Shown: positions 21,209 through 32,478, counted from the first letter of the stretch. The stretch is 64,000 bases of DNA from Diplonema japonicum (GCA_964019335.1 OZ025667.1:62001-126000), one strand, 5' to 3'. Program-made: numbers and translations. The notes: generated by a model not told the origin, from the letters alone.

Positions 21209-23278
21209 ATGGCGCTGCTTTCTCTGATCTATGTGGCGGCAGCAGCAGAGCTCACGCTGTTGGGGCAGACAAAATCAGTGGACAGATTTGTAGGTTTGAC
21301 GGTGGTGGAGGGCACGGTCTTCGCCGCCGCCAGAGGTTCTGGTCTGGTTGCAGTGGACGTCAGGAGGCCTGGGGAGGCGAAGGAGCTGTGGAGGGTGTCG
21401 ACGGGGGGAGAAGCAAGGGGTGTTGAGGTGGTGGGGAACACTGTCTACGTGGCGGACAGAAGAACCGGTCTTCGGGTTGTGCAGCACGAGTCTGTGGTAG
21501 GGGGGTTTCCGGAGCCGTGCCTCGAGGTGCAGGTGTCTGGAGATGTTGCGTACGTGAGGTCTACGCAGGGGGAGGTTGTTGCCTTCAACGTGACCAGTTC
21601 GAACCCCGAGTTCCTTGGCAAGTACAACGAGAGCATCGCTGAGGCATTTTTCGTCGTAGGGACCACCGTCTACACCATGGACTATGCGAGCTCGCAAAAC
21701 AGGAACCATTACCTCAGTATCATCGACTTCAGCACACCTTCCTCCCCCGTCCTCCTTGGTTCCGTGGAAACGAACAGGACCTACATCAGCACCCTCTTCG
21801 TCTCCGACACCACCGCCTACGTGACCAGCTTTGATCGGGGGCTCCTCATCTTCAACGTGACGGACCCCTCGTCCCCCTCCTTCACGGCGGTGTACGACAA
21901 CAACAACAACAACGTAGTCGATGTCGATGTTGTGAACGGGACGGCGTACATTGTGAGCTTCAACAGGTTCGAAGTCGTTGACGTGAGCAGCAACACCCCG
22001 TCCCTCATCGGGACCGCGAGGGTGGAGCAAACGACACGAGTGCGAGTTATAGGAACCACTGCGTACCTTGCTGGCCACAATGGGGTCCAGATGCTGAGCG
22101 TGGAGGCACCTTCTTCTCCTGTGCTGTTGGGCGAGTTCAATCCCCCTGGCGGTGACGGCAGGGCCGTGGCCATGGCTGGTGACAATGCGTACCTTGTGGG
22201 GGGCAAGACCCTGTTGCAGGTTGTGGATGTCAGGGACCCGTCTTCCCCGGTAGTGGTCGGAGTCCACAGCGGCTCCAAAGTTGGGAAAACGGTGCAGGTG
22301 GCAGGGAGCACCGTGTACGTGGGGGGTTGTGACTTCCTCCACACCTTTGATGTGAGTGACCCGCGGCAGCCGAGGCTTCTGGGGGAGTACGGAAGCAGCA
22401 GCACAAGAGCCTACTGCACCTTCCCTGTGCACGTGATCGGGACAGTCGCCTACGTGGGGTCGGATTTTGATGGTTTCGAGGTGCTCGATGTGAGTGATCC
22501 TTCTGCGATCACGCGCATCGGCATCTTCGACCTCAGGCGGATAAAAGGGATGTTCGTGTCTGGGACCACAGCATTTGTCACAAGCTCCTCGGAGGGATTG
22601 GTCGTGCTCGACGTGGGGACACCTTCTTCCCCCACCCTCATTGGTAGCCTGGGAGCCTTCCGATACGCGACTGCCGTGGCTGTGAGGGGGGTCACCGTCT
22701 ACGTTGCGGACGGGGGTAGCCTCCATGCGGTCGATGTGAGCACCCCATCGGCGCCTACCGTCGTCGGGTTGTTCGAAGTGGGCTCCTCTGTGAATGACGT
22801 GAAGGTGGTGGGGGACACTGTGCTTGTCTCATTTGATGAAGGCCTGCAGCTGGTGGACGTGAGCAACCCTTCGGCGATGAGGCGTATCGACGGGTACGCG
22901 AGCACCTCCCCTTTAGAAGGGATCGCCGTGATGGGGAATCTCGCTTATGTAGCAGAGGTGGGAATGTCTGTTATCAAGATGTGGAACGAGACCCTTGCAC
23001 CGTCCACTGTTGAGCCTGCTTTTGCGGTGTCCACTGTTGAACCTGCTTTTGTAGTGTCCACTGGAGCACCCACCACCACAGCCCCTACGAAGGCCCCTTC
23101 TACAGAATCCAACAAAAAGGGGCTTGCTATTATTTTAATCGTGGTTGGTGCAGTAGTGTTGCTCATCGTTGTGGTTGGTGTGTGGTGGTGTAAGCAACAC
23201 CGTGCTGGCGAAAGCAAAGAGGGAGGTAACGTTGACACACAAATGCGTGGTCCTGTCCCCTCCGATCAAACGGTGTGA
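21209..23278 (+). CDS. LVIVD-repeat beta-propeller surface protein with Thr-rich stalk and C-terminal TM helix
   Basis: More than 10 repeats of V.G..AYV....GL.V.DVS.PS.P..LG; signal peptide; TM helix GLAIILIVVGAVVLLIVVVGVWW. Confidence 0.88.
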   Translation: MALLSLIYVAAAAELTLLGQTKSVDRFVGLTVVEGTVFAAARGSGLVAVDVRRPGEAKELWRVSTGGEARGVEVVGNTVYVADRRTGLRVVQHESVVGGFPEPCLEVQVSGDVAYVRSTQGEVVAFNVTSSNPEFLGKYNESIAEAFFVVGTTVYTMDYASSQNRNHYLSIIDFSTPSSPVLLGSVETNRTYISTLFVSDTTAYVTSFDRGLLIFNVTDPSSPSFTAVYDNNNNNVVDVDVVNGTAYIVSFNRFEVVDVSSNTPSLIGTARVEQTTRVRVIGTTAYLAGHNGVQMLSVEAPSSPVLLGEFNPPGGDGRAVAMAGDNAYLVGGKTLLQVVDVRDPSSPVVVGVHSGSKVGKTVQVAGSTVYVGGCDFLHTFDVSDPRQPRLLGEYGSSSTRAYCTFPVHVIGTVAYVGSDFDGFEVLDVSDPSAITRIGIFDLRRIKGMFVSGTTAFVTSSSEGLVVLDVGTPSSPTLIGSLGAFRYATAVAVRGVTVYVADGGSLHAVDVSTPSAPTVVGLFEVGSSVNDVKVVGDTVLVSFDEGLQLVDVSNPSAMRRIDGYASTSPLEGIAVMGNLAYVAEVGMSVIKMWNETLAPSTVEPAFAVSTVEPAFVVSTGAPTTTAPTKAPSTESNKKGLAIILIVVGAVVLLIVVVGVWWCKQHRAGESKEGGNVDTQMRGPVPSDQTV

Positions 23279-23542
23279 GCTGTCTATGCCACCCATAGCT
23301 CTCTCTGATAATAGAATCTGTTACCAATGAAACGAGAAAAGTACAAGCAACCTTCACTGGGTAATGCAGCACATGCAATCTGACTAAGCATATACATAGT
23401 CAGCTGGTGTGTGCCATGTTTCCCCCCTTCATCCTAGCTTTCGTTTATTTTTTTCTTTCTTCTTTTCTTTTTTACAGAGGGGGAAAATAATTTCCCTCTC
23501 CATGCCCTCTTTCTCCTCTCCTTTTTATTTTTGTTTTTTGGA

Positions 23543-24741
23543 GTAGAGTCCTAACTTGACCCCTAAGTTTTCGAAATGCTCAAATTCCGACCCCTAAGTT
23601 TCCAAAATACTCACAGTCCGCTCCCTAGGTTTCTAGATGCTCAAAGTCCACCCCCTGAGTCTTCAAAACGCTCAAAACCCGCTCCCTAATCCAAAGTGTT
23701 CAAAGTCCGCCCCCTCAGGTTTTCAAATGCACTAACTAGGCCCCTACGGCGGAAAACCGCTCAAAGTGAACCTTAGTCTTCAAAATGCTCAAAAAAAAAC
23801 CCCCTTAATTTCACAAATAACCCGTTATTGGGTCCCCTACGTTTCATTGATGCTCAACAAGGTTGTGCGCATGCAAGTTCCTTAACAGGCAACCTGAAAA
23901 GAAAAGAAAAAGATAGCCCGGGTAACCAAGGAAAAGATTACAGCATTTAAAAGAAAACCTTTGCTTCTTCTGAAGGGGGAGGATCAGGAGAGTGGTGCAC
24001 GTCGAAGTCTTGTGGCCAAGAACGCCGCAACCACAGCAGGCATTCTTCCTTTCGCTCTTGCTGGGGATCCTTTTCTTACTCCTCCCTACACCTTTCTTGA
24101 AGTTGGGCGGTAAAGTGCCGTCTTCGACCCAGGTATTTTGAGCTGGAGGATAGGGAGGAGGATACCCGCGTATGCAAGCCGATGAAAGCCGCATCGAAGA
24201 AATGGGGCAACCATGCCAAGGACATCGATGCTCTCTTTCGAGCTGGCTGCACAGAGATGCGTGCAAGGAAGCCCTCCTCTCCTGAAAAGAGGGCAAGAGC
24301 AGCTCTGCTCTGTATGTCAACAATGAATGTCCCGCTGAGGTCGACTTGGTGCTTGGCGCAAGACCTATTGGGCATTTTAAAAAAAAGGGAGAGAACAATC
24401 TTGCACGCTAGCGCTTTGCAATGCGTAGTCACGAATGCCGTTCACCAGACCCAGCACTGTGCTGCATCTTGGTTCTTTTAGAACCTTAAAAGAATGTAGA
24501 GGAGGGAGGGAGGTAGCGTGCCTTGTTAATGCTTTCAGCGGGTGTAAACTCCAAAACGGCAGGTGGGGAAGTGCGAGTCAGCCCATTTGATGGGGTAGTT
24601 TTTTGAAGACTTGGGGTACTAAGCAGAGATTTAAGAAACCTTGGGGTTTTCCTCTTTAAAGATAAACCTTGAACATTTCTCAAACTAAGGGGGTGGATTT
24701 TGAGCATTTCTCCGAACTTAGGTGTCAAGTTGGCAGTTTGC
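23543..24741 (-). mobile_element. Degenerate Mutator-like (MULE) DNA transposon with TIRs built of ~30-bp tandem repeats
   Basis: Left AACTTGACCCCTAAGTT..GAAATGCTCAAA (from 23553) mirrors the reverse complement of about 24690-24733. Internal minus-strand remnants include LPPNFKKGVGRSKKRI...CCGCGVLGHKTSTC (MULE C-terminal Zn knuckle). No clear TSD. Confidence 0.7.
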
Positions 24742-25501
24742 ATTGCAGTTTTTTTTTTTTTGAACAGTGAGCACGCTGGCCGCTGAGATCTTATTTGAAT
24801 TCTTGTTTGTTTCTCTATTTCCTTTTTATGATGACACTTTGAATGGGGTGCACACCCACTTCATTCCTGCATCATATTCCTTTAAAACTGTGATAAACCA
24901 AAATGAGTGAATCACGTTTGTTCTTCCTTCTTTTTACTTCTGTTCCTTTCACATGTTTTACAGCAAACACGTTTTGCACTTCTCTAATTTCTTCCTCTTT
25001 TTTCTCCTCCCCTCCCCTCTCCTCCCCCTAGTTTCCTTGCCGTGTTCTGCACGTAACCCCCAAGTAGGGAGGCTCCTTTCGAAACATTAGCCAATGGTCA
25101 TGAATGATTACCGTACCCCTTTGCGGGAGCCTGATGAGAACGAATAAAGATTGGAAGGACAAGGGAAAAGAAGGTGGGAAAAAAAAAAAAAAAAAAAAAA
25201 GAGAGAAATAAAATAATAGAGATCCATGAACGAGACTCTTTGTTTTTTTTGTTTTTTTTTTTCCACCCTCTTTTCCACCCCTTCCTTTTTTATCTTTTTC
25301 TGTTCGGTCGTTCTCTTCGACTGTTTTCTTTTTTCTCTATTCAGGCAAAAATGTTCTGGTGCCGGCTTTATGTCATATTTCGAAAGAGAGCCTTTTGATT
25401 GAAAGGGAAACAAACCGTTCTTCCGCTCTCTTTTTTTTCTTCTTCTTTTTATCCTCACGCACTTTTCATACTGTCTTCACACAGATAGGCGCACAAACAC
25501 A

Positions 25502-28500
25502 ATGGTTCGCAAGAGGCCCGATGCTGGGAGGAACAAGATACAGACTGATGAGGCTGCAAAGAAACAGTACAAAAAGCTGCTCCTTTTGAGGTCTGATCCA
25601 AAGCTCGCGCTGACTGAGGGCGTGGCGGAGCTACGGAAAAAGGCCATGGAGGTGGCAAAGATACCTGCACTGGACGAGGATGAGCTTGCAAGGACGGGCA
25701 AGGCCGACATCGAGAAAATAAACCGAGTGCAGAACGCGAGGATTAAGGAGCTAGCTTCAATGCGACAGGAAACGAGAAAACAAAAGAGAGAGCAGAACAA
25801 GATAGAGACTCCCATGGACAAGTTCCAGACTGTACTCAAGGAGTGTGAGATCTACTCAAGCAGCAAGAACGACGGGAAGGTGAAGCGCACACCAGTTAAG
25901 CTCGCCAGAATGTCGAGCACGCAGTCCACACCAGGCACAGCCAGGACAGAAACACGATCGGATACAGACGAAGAAGACGACGATGAAGAAGGCCTCACCC
26001 GACAAGACTCCATGGCCCCTTCTGCGTTGTCGGCCGTTCTCGCCTCCAACCCACCTTATCTTGGTGGCACGCTTCGCCAGTACCAGAAAGACGGTGTAAA
26101 ATGGCTTCTAGAGCTCCACAACAAGTGCTTGTCGGGCATTCTTGCTGATGAGATGGGTCTTGGCAAGACATTCCAAACTATCGCACTGCTCTCTTGTTTG
26201 AAGTATTCATTGAAAATCCCTGGACCACATCTTGTTTTGTGTCCCAGGTCTGTTTTGGGAAACTGGAATAGAGAGTGTGCGAGGTGGAGCCCTGGGCTGG
26301 AGGTGTTCGTGTACCACGCGACGAAGAATGAGAGGAGAGCGTTGAACTTGCAATTGAAGGAAACAAAAGCGGATGTCATCCTGAGCACGTGGGAGCAGGT
26401 GACGCTCGGGTTGCCTGTTTTTTCGAAGCTCAAGTTGAGATATTTGATCCTTGACGAAGGGCACAAGATCAAAAACGAAGGTTCCATCATCGCACGCAAT
26501 GTGAGGAAGCTGAACTGCACCAACAGGCTGTTACTGACGGGAACACCGCTGCAGAACAACCTGTCGGAACTATGGGCGCTGTTGAACTTCTTGCTGCCGA
26601 GGCTGTTCGCGGACAAGGCTAGTTTTGATAATTGGTTCGATGCTGCTTCAGGAAACAGCGAGCAAAAGGTGATGGACCATCTGCATCTTGTCCTCCGTCC
26701 TTTCATGTTGAGGCGTATTAAAAGCGAAGCAGATGCTTCAATTCCTCCAAAGAAGGAAGTGTACATCTCATGCAAACTGTCTCGCCTTCAGCGTGTTCTT
26801 TACCAGAACATCCTCGCGAAGGACGCGGAAGCGTTCGACGGTGAGAAGCAGGTCTCGTCGCTCAAGAATCTGCGCAACATCGTGATGCACCTCCGGAAGG
26901 TCTGCAACCACCCTTTCCTCTTCGAGGGTATCGAGGAAGGCCCTCCTTTCGTCACGGACGACAAGCTCGTCAAAGCATCCGGTAAAATGATCATCCTCGA
27001 CAAGCTTCTTGGAAAACTACTGTCAGAACCAAAGGAAACCCGTCAGAAGATCCTGATATTCTCTCAAATGACCCGCGCGTTGGATATCTTATCTGATTAC
27101 ATAGAATGGAGAGGCTGGAAATTCTGCAGGCTGGACGGATCAACCTCAGGCGAGGATAGAGACCTACAAATGAACGATTTCAACAGCCCGAACACCGACA
27201 AGGAGATCTTTATCCTGTCGACGAGAGCAGGGGGTTTGGGGATAAACCTACAGGCTGCCTCAACTGTTATTCTTTTCGACAGCGATTGGAACCCGCAAGC
27301 TGATCTCCAAGCCATGGACAGAGCACACCGTATAGGCCAGAAAAGACCGGTCACAGTGTTCCGATTCATCACCGATAACACAATTGAGGAAAGAATGTAC
27401 CATCGTGCGATGAAGAAACTGTATCTTGACGCGCTTGTGGTGCAGCAAGGCAACATGGCGACGAGAGACGACAAGCTAAGCTCTGATGAAATGCGAGGGA
27501 TGATCCGATGGGGCGCCGCAGCGATCTTTAAAAACGAAAATGAAGACATCGAAGACGTTGACATTGACAAGGTGATCGAGATGGGCGCCAAACGCATGAC
27601 CAAGATGCAAGAGGAAGCCGAAAAGCAACAGCAAACCAACCTGAAATCGTTCAACCTTGGTGTCGACGAAGGGAACGTGTACCAGTTCGAAGGCGTTGAT
27701 TATTCCTCGAAGCCGACCCGCAGCCTTTACATCGAAGGCTCAGGGCTCGACCCTACCGTGATCGAGAACGATTTTAAAACTTACGGGCAGATCGATAAAT
27801 CCGTAGTCTCGCCTTCTTGCGACAAGGCTGTCATCATGTTCCGTCAGGTGCCAAACGCAATGGCGGCGTATGAAGATTTAAACGGGAAGAAAATCGTGGG
27901 GTCGGAGACACCGGTTGTTCTTCATTACGGTTCTCAGACGACAATTGTCAGCACGGCAATGAAAGTGGAGATCTCCAAAAGAATGCTGGCGGAAGAAGCC
28001 GAACGCAAAAGGAAAACACTTGCTCTTCGTGAGACCAAACAACCCACTGACGACCCTTTCAAACCGTACACCGCAGATCACGTCTCAAGCACGAAAGGAC
28101 CACGACTGCCCGTTTTCAAAAAACGCCCTCCTTTCCAATTCTACGACGAAGATAGGCTTGAAGAACTCCACGACCTGCACTGCGCAGCGATCCTCCAAAA
28201 ACACAATGGTGAACCAGTCACCGAACTGACAGCAGCGCAAATCTCCGAACGGGAACAACTAGAAAATGAAGGTTTCACATGGGCCTTCAAAGACTTGATG
28301 GCATTCATCAATGCGTCAGCCATCCTAGGACGAGAAGCCTGGGATAAGATAGCTGTGAGCATGGAGAAGGACATCGAAGAAGTTACACGATACGGAAAAG
28401 CATTTTGGGAGAAGGGCCCGCACACTCTGGAGAAATTCGAAATGTACCGACAAAAAATTGATAAAGCAGAGGAAGGCAGGCAACAGGCGTCGAGCGTCCA

Positions 28501-28927
28501 TCGTACTGCCGATGAGGAGATCTTCTCGAAGATGAAAAATCCGTGGTCTCCGTTGGTTAAAACGTGTCCTTCTACACTGTCAGTCCGTCCTCTTGAAGGC
28601 GATGAGGTCAACATCAACTACCCTAAAGGTGTGGCAGAGAGGTACGCGCTGTGTTATGCACAGCAGACAGGAAACGATTATGCTTTAGTCAAAAAACGCT
28701 TAGAAACATCTCAAGAAATCTTCTTCGATATCTCTAAGAGTAGGTCTGTTCATAAAGTTGCTGCCCCTGCGAAATTCGTTTTCGCAAGCTTGCGTAACGG
28801 GAGGAAGAAGAGAAAAGCCACAGAGATCGATGCGGAAGGTGACGACGAGAGCGATAAGAAGAAAGGGTCGAAGAAACGTGCATCAACATCAGCAAAGCCA
28901 GGCGGGGCGAAAAAGAGAAAGACATAG
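25502..28927 (+). CDS. ISWI: ISWI-type SNF2 chromatin-remodelling ATPase with SANT-like C-terminus and an inserted RRM-like domain
   Basis: GILADEMGLGKT, LDEGHKIKN, LLTGTPLQNNL.ELWALL, SGKM.ILDKLL, LSTRAGGLGINL, DSDWNPQADLQAMDRAHRIGQ; GF.W...D...F...A..GR SANT pattern. Confidence 0.92.
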   Translation: MVRKRPDAGRNKIQTDEAAKKQYKKLLLLRSDPKLALTEGVAELRKKAMEVAKIPALDEDELARTGKADIEKINRVQNARIKELASMRQETRKQKREQNKIETPMDKFQTVLKECEIYSSSKNDGKVKRTPVKLARMSSTQSTPGTARTETRSDTDEEDDDEEGLTRQDSMAPSALSAVLASNPPYLGGTLRQYQKDGVKWLLELHNKCLSGILADEMGLGKTFQTIALLSCLKYSLKIPGPHLVLCPRSVLGNWNRECARWSPGLEVFVYHATKNERRALNLQLKETKADVILSTWEQVTLGLPVFSKLKLRYLILDEGHKIKNEGSIIARNVRKLNCTNRLLLTGTPLQNNLSELWALLNFLLPRLFADKASFDNWFDAASGNSEQKVMDHLHLVLRPFMLRRIKSEADASIPPKKEVYISCKLSRLQRVLYQNILAKDAEAFDGEKQVSSLKNLRNIVMHLRKVCNHPFLFEGIEEGPPFVTDDKLVKASGKMIILDKLLGKLLSEPKETRQKILIFSQMTRALDILSDYIEWRGWKFCRLDGSTSGEDRDLQMNDFNSPNTDKEIFILSTRAGGLGINLQAASTVILFDSDWNPQADLQAMDRAHRIGQKRPVTVFRFITDNTIEERMYHRAMKKLYLDALVVQQGNMATRDDKLSSDEMRGMIRWGAAAIFKNENEDIEDVDIDKVIEMGAKRMTKMQEEAEKQQQTNLKSFNLGVDEGNVYQFEGVDYSSKPTRSLYIEGSGLDPTVIENDFKTYGQIDKSVVSPSCDKAVIMFRQVPNAMAAYEDLNGKKIVGSETPVVLHYGSQTTIVSTAMKVEISKRMLAEEAERKRKTLALRETKQPTDDPFKPYTADHVSSTKGPRLPVFKKRPPFQFYDEDRLEELHDLHCAAILQKHNGEPVTELTAAQISEREQLENEGFTWAFKDLMAFINASAILGREAWDKIAVSMEKDIEEVTRYGKAFWEKGPHTLEKFEMYRQKIDKAEEGRQQASSVHRTADEEIFSKMKNPWSPLVKTCPSTLSVRPLEGDEVNINYPKGVAERYALCYAQQTGNDYALVKKRLETSQEIFFDISKSRSVHKVAAPAKFVFASLRNGRKKRKATEIDAEGDDESDKKKGSKKRASTSAKPGGAKKRKT

Positions 28928-29448
28928 ATGGGTTGAGAACGATACTTAGATTTTTTAAAGAAAAGAAAAAAAAAAGATTTTTGTCTCTCTCTCTCTCATC
29001 CTCCCTTAAATAATTTAGCCTAAAAGAAAAAGAAGGGAGGACATGAGGGGGGGTTTTTTTATTTTTTTTATGACAACGAAAAATAAGAGTGTGGTCTTTT
29101 TCTTTTCTTTTTTTTTTATGTAGTCAATAAGGGCTACAAAGATGTTTTTTTTTTTTTTTTTTTTTTCAAAAAAAAAAAAAGAAAGAAATGGATAGAAGAA
29201 AACAAGGAAGGGGTGGAGTATTTTTTTTTTTTTTTAATGAAAAGAAAAAAAAAAGGTTCGTACTTCCCTTCATTTTTTTCTTTTTCTTTTTTTTTTTTTT
29301 CCTTTTTTTTTTTTTAGATTTCTCTTTTTTTTTTCTTGTTCATTCCCCTGCCCGCTCCCCCACTCATACTCTTTTTCAAACCTTTTTAGTGTCAACCCTT
29401 CTTCATTCAGAGTAGCAGTCCACAAAAAAAAAAAAAAAAAAAAAAAAA

Positions 29449-30060
29449 ATGAACTCGTTGTTCGGGAAGAAGAAAACGGTAGACGAATCCTGTAAAGAGG
29501 CGAAGCGTGATATAAATGGAACAACACGGGGCTTGGGGAGGGAGGTGCAAAAGCTCGAAAGAGAGGAGGCGGCCTTGCTGAAGGAGATTAAAAAAGCAGC
29601 GGGGAAAGGGGACGAGGGGACGGCAAGGGTGCTGAGCAAACAACTGATAACGCTGAGACAGCAGAGAGACAGACTGGTGGGGAGCAAGGCACAAATGGGG
29701 AGCTTGGCCACAAAAACAACAGCAATGTCAGCTCAACACAAACAGATGGAAGCAATGGGTAAAACGGCAGCGATAATGGGAAAAGTGAACGCACAGATGA
29801 AGCCCGAGCAGATGCAACAAATCATGCAAGAGTTCACAATGCAAAACCAAAAAATGGACATGGCAGGCTCCCTTATGGACGACGCCATCGATGGTCTAGA
29901 TGACGAAGATCTAGATGACGAAACCCAAAATTTCATGAATCAGGTAATCGACGAAGTTTGTAGCGATATTCGCTCGGGTGTACAGGTTACCGGCTCTTCT
30001 CTCCCTGCCCGCTCCACGGCTGCTTCAGTTTCTTCCCCCGCCACCCTCAGGGCAACGTGA
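29449..30060 (+). CDS. CHMP2: ESCRT-III subunit CHMP2/Vps2 (Snf7 family)
   Basis: R.L.RE..KLE.EE..L..EIKK.A..G, M..VN..M....MQ.IM.EF..Q..KM, acidic C-terminal half. Confidence 0.85.
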   Translation: MNSLFGKKKTVDESCKEAKRDINGTTRGLGREVQKLEREEAALLKEIKKAAGKGDEGTARVLSKQLITLRQQRDRLVGSKAQMGSLATKTTAMSAQHKQMEAMGKTAAIMGKVNAQMKPEQMQQIMQEFTMQNQKMDMAGSLMDDAIDGLDDEDLDDETQNFMNQVIDEVCSDIRSGVQVTGSSLPARSTAASVSSPATLRAT

Positions 30061-30525
30061 TAAATATTTTTTTTTCTCAATAGGTTTTTTTTTTTTTTTC
30101 TCAATTCTTTTTTAGGGCGAGGAAAAGTTGGGGGGGGGGGGGGGTATTTTCTTTGTGTTTTTTATGTTGTTTTGTTCCCCTCCTCCCCCCCTTTCTTCCC
30201 TTTTCATTTCTCCAATTATAAAAGAAGAACGAATAGAACAAAAAAAAAAGAAATGGGAACTCGGTCACGGTCTGCCGGTATTCTTTTTTTTTCTTTTTTG
30301 CTAACGGTCCCCCCCCCCCCCCCCCGCTCTTTTTTCTCTTTATGTAAAGATTAAAAAAAGTTGTTACGTTGGTTTAAACACAAAAAATATTTTCCTTTTT
30401 TTTTTTCTCTCTCCTGGCCAAAAACTTTTTTTTTGTTTCCTCAAACCGAAAAAATAAAATAAACAAAAAAAAAGGCGGAGGGGTGGGAGGGGTGGGGTAG
30501 GGGCGGGCAAAAAAAAAAAAAAAAA

Positions 30526-32478
30526 ATGCAATCAGCGTTCAGCTACGGCAGCCAGAGGTGCAACGTATGGGAAGAAGAAGAAAACTTCAGCAAAAGACTG
30601 GAAGAGGAGGACTTCATGACGGAATGGCCCCAATGGCGCCACGAAAACGGGTACAGAACAGTGGTCCTGGCGATGCTGGTCCTGGGGTACTTCCTGGGCC
30701 CCCTTCTGTCCCCGGTTCTAGCAGTCTGCGTCATCATGAACCAAGCCTTAAAAGCTTACCGAACAGCATTCGACCTCTTCGTCATGGTTGTTACCTTATA
30801 CCTATTAGCAGCAATGTTTCTCGTTGTCCTCATCTCAATATATGTGTACCTTGCTCACCGCAATCAGGAAGAAGTTTACAACACGAATACTGACAGGTAC
30901 GGCCCTATAGCAGCGTACACGATATTGTACGTGTGGTTGGCGTGGGTGATGGCACGACATTTTCGAACACTCGCGACGGACGGGTATAATCCTTACCCGG
31001 AGAAGCTCCTCAGGCTGCGGGGTATTCCCTTCGACCCTCCGCTGATCCCTCCGAAAGGGCAGGAGGTGTTACGGGACGTCCCTGAACTAATCCGAAAAAT
31101 CTGCCTTTACAGCGATATATTTGTCGTGTTTAAAGGAGACGGCAGTACAGTCGGCGACGTTGATGACGCACAAACCGCAGCATCAGGAAACGACCATGAC
31201 AACAGCCTAGCATGGATGAGCGCGTCAACATTGCAAGACGATGAGGAGTCCACAGATAATATGCACAATACAAACTGGGCGATACCATTTTTCCTGGGTA
31301 TTCTTGTTGCAACGGGACAGTCGGTTGTCATCAAGGTATTCTTCTCCGATTCTGTCGAGTACACCCCCGAGACGAAGTATTCCACATATGTGTACTGGCT
31401 TGCCGCGTTGTTCTGGTGGCTTGTCAGCGCGGTATCCATCTCTGTAACATTCGCGTTGTTCACATTGTACTGGAGACAGTTTCGATCGTTAATGTTATTC
31501 TCCAAAATGACAAAAGTAATGGAAACCCGGCAGGCGTCTTGTGTTAATTTTATCGATATAAAATCGACGAGGAATCTGTTGTTGTGGCATGAGGCGAGGA
31601 CGCATCTTGTCGATCAGATCATGCAGCCGACATCGTTTCTCAGAGCTGTGTTTGATCCAACGTGTGCTGTAATGGTGTTGAACGGTGTCGCGGCCACGTT
31701 GATGCTTGCTTTCAAGCATGTTCTTCGGGACGATCCGTTTCAAGAGTTTAGCTCTTTGCTGGCGTCGAATCTTGTTGTAGCTTACGTTTTTTTCAACGTT
31801 GTCATCAACTTCACACGGCTCATTCAACGAACACTAAGGTTACACGAAGGCCTCATTGTTCAAGGAAAGCTCCACGTTCTCAATGAACTCCTCACAACGG
31901 AAAAAGAAGTCGAGTCAAGACGAACCTCCGTCGGCTCCACCCCCGACGAAACAATCCACGATTCAGAAACTATCTGTAAATCTCTTCTTGGACCGAGTTT
32001 TACCGTTAGCAGCCTGGGTGACCGTGAGAAATGGAGGACCGCTACTATAAAACTTGGCGATCTTCTTCGGAAAGGTGATAAAGCACCAGCAGAACAACTT
32101 GAAGGCGCGCTTCGTTTGCTCGAACCGTTTTGTTATAAAAACACTGTTTCTATGTCATCATGGCAGGCTGAGGGTGACAATACGGAACAGATGGGCCCGT
32201 GTTACCTTGTCCCGCCGTGTGGGCAGAACACGATACGGAGGGTGCGGAGAATTCAGTTTGATCCAACCGAGTCGAGCAACAGAAGGCACGCTGAGCAGTA
32301 CCGCCGTCTGCGGATTATTGAGAGCATCGTGACGCATATTTCGCACAGGTACGTTCGGCCCAAGATTCTCGGGATGACCCTCACCCAAGTCCTGTACCTC
32401 GGCATCGTCTTCATGCTCGCCTTCACCACCACGTTGATGGTGCGTGTCGTTACATCTGGTGATTATTTTAGTGACTGA
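30526..32478 (+). CDS. Multi-pass membrane protein, unknown function
   Basis: 650-aa ORF with about 8 hydrophobic helices and two soluble loops. Confidence 0.75.
   Translation: MQSAFSYGSQRCNVWEEEENFSKRLEEEDFMTEWPQWRHENGYRTVVLAMLVLGYFLGPLLSPVLAVCVIMNQALKAYRTAFDLFVMVVTLYLLAAMFLVVLISIYVYLAHRNQEEVYNTNTDRYGPIAAYTILYVWLAWVMARHFRTLATDGYNPYPEKLLRLRGIPFDPPLIPPKGQEVLRDVPELIRKICLYSDIFVVFKGDGSTVGDVDDAQTAASGNDHDNSLAWMSASTLQDDEESTDNMHNTNWAIPFFLGILVATGQSVVIKVFFSDSVEYTPETKYSTYVYWLAALFWWLVSAVSISVTFALFTLYWRQFRSLMLFSKMTKVMETRQASCVNFIDIKSTRNLLLWHEARTHLVDQIMQPTSFLRAVFDPTCAVMVLNGVAATLMLAFKHVLRDDPFQEFSSLLASNLVVAYVFFNVVINFTRLIQRTLRLHEGLIVQGKLHVLNELLTTEKEVESRRTSVGSTPDETIHDSETICKSLLGPSFTVSSLGDREKWRTATIKLGDLLRKGDKAPAEQLEGALRLLEPFCYKNTVSMSSWQAEGDNTEQMGPCYLVPPCGQNTIRRVRRIQFDPTESSNRRHAEQYRRLRIIESIVTHISHRYVRPKILGMTLTQVLYLGIVFMLAFTTTLMVRVVTSGDYFSD

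Noticed and set aside
23551-23820. ~30-bp periodic repeats as a CRISPR array
   Set aside because: These are degenerate tandem units without unique spacers, form part of a TIR, and lie in a eukaryotic context with no cas genes.
25069-25142. Possible single-hairpin AGA-box H/ACA snoRNA (AGGCTCC...GGAGCCT...AGA)
   Set aside because: The upper stem is unconvincing and no rRNA target could be identified by eye.
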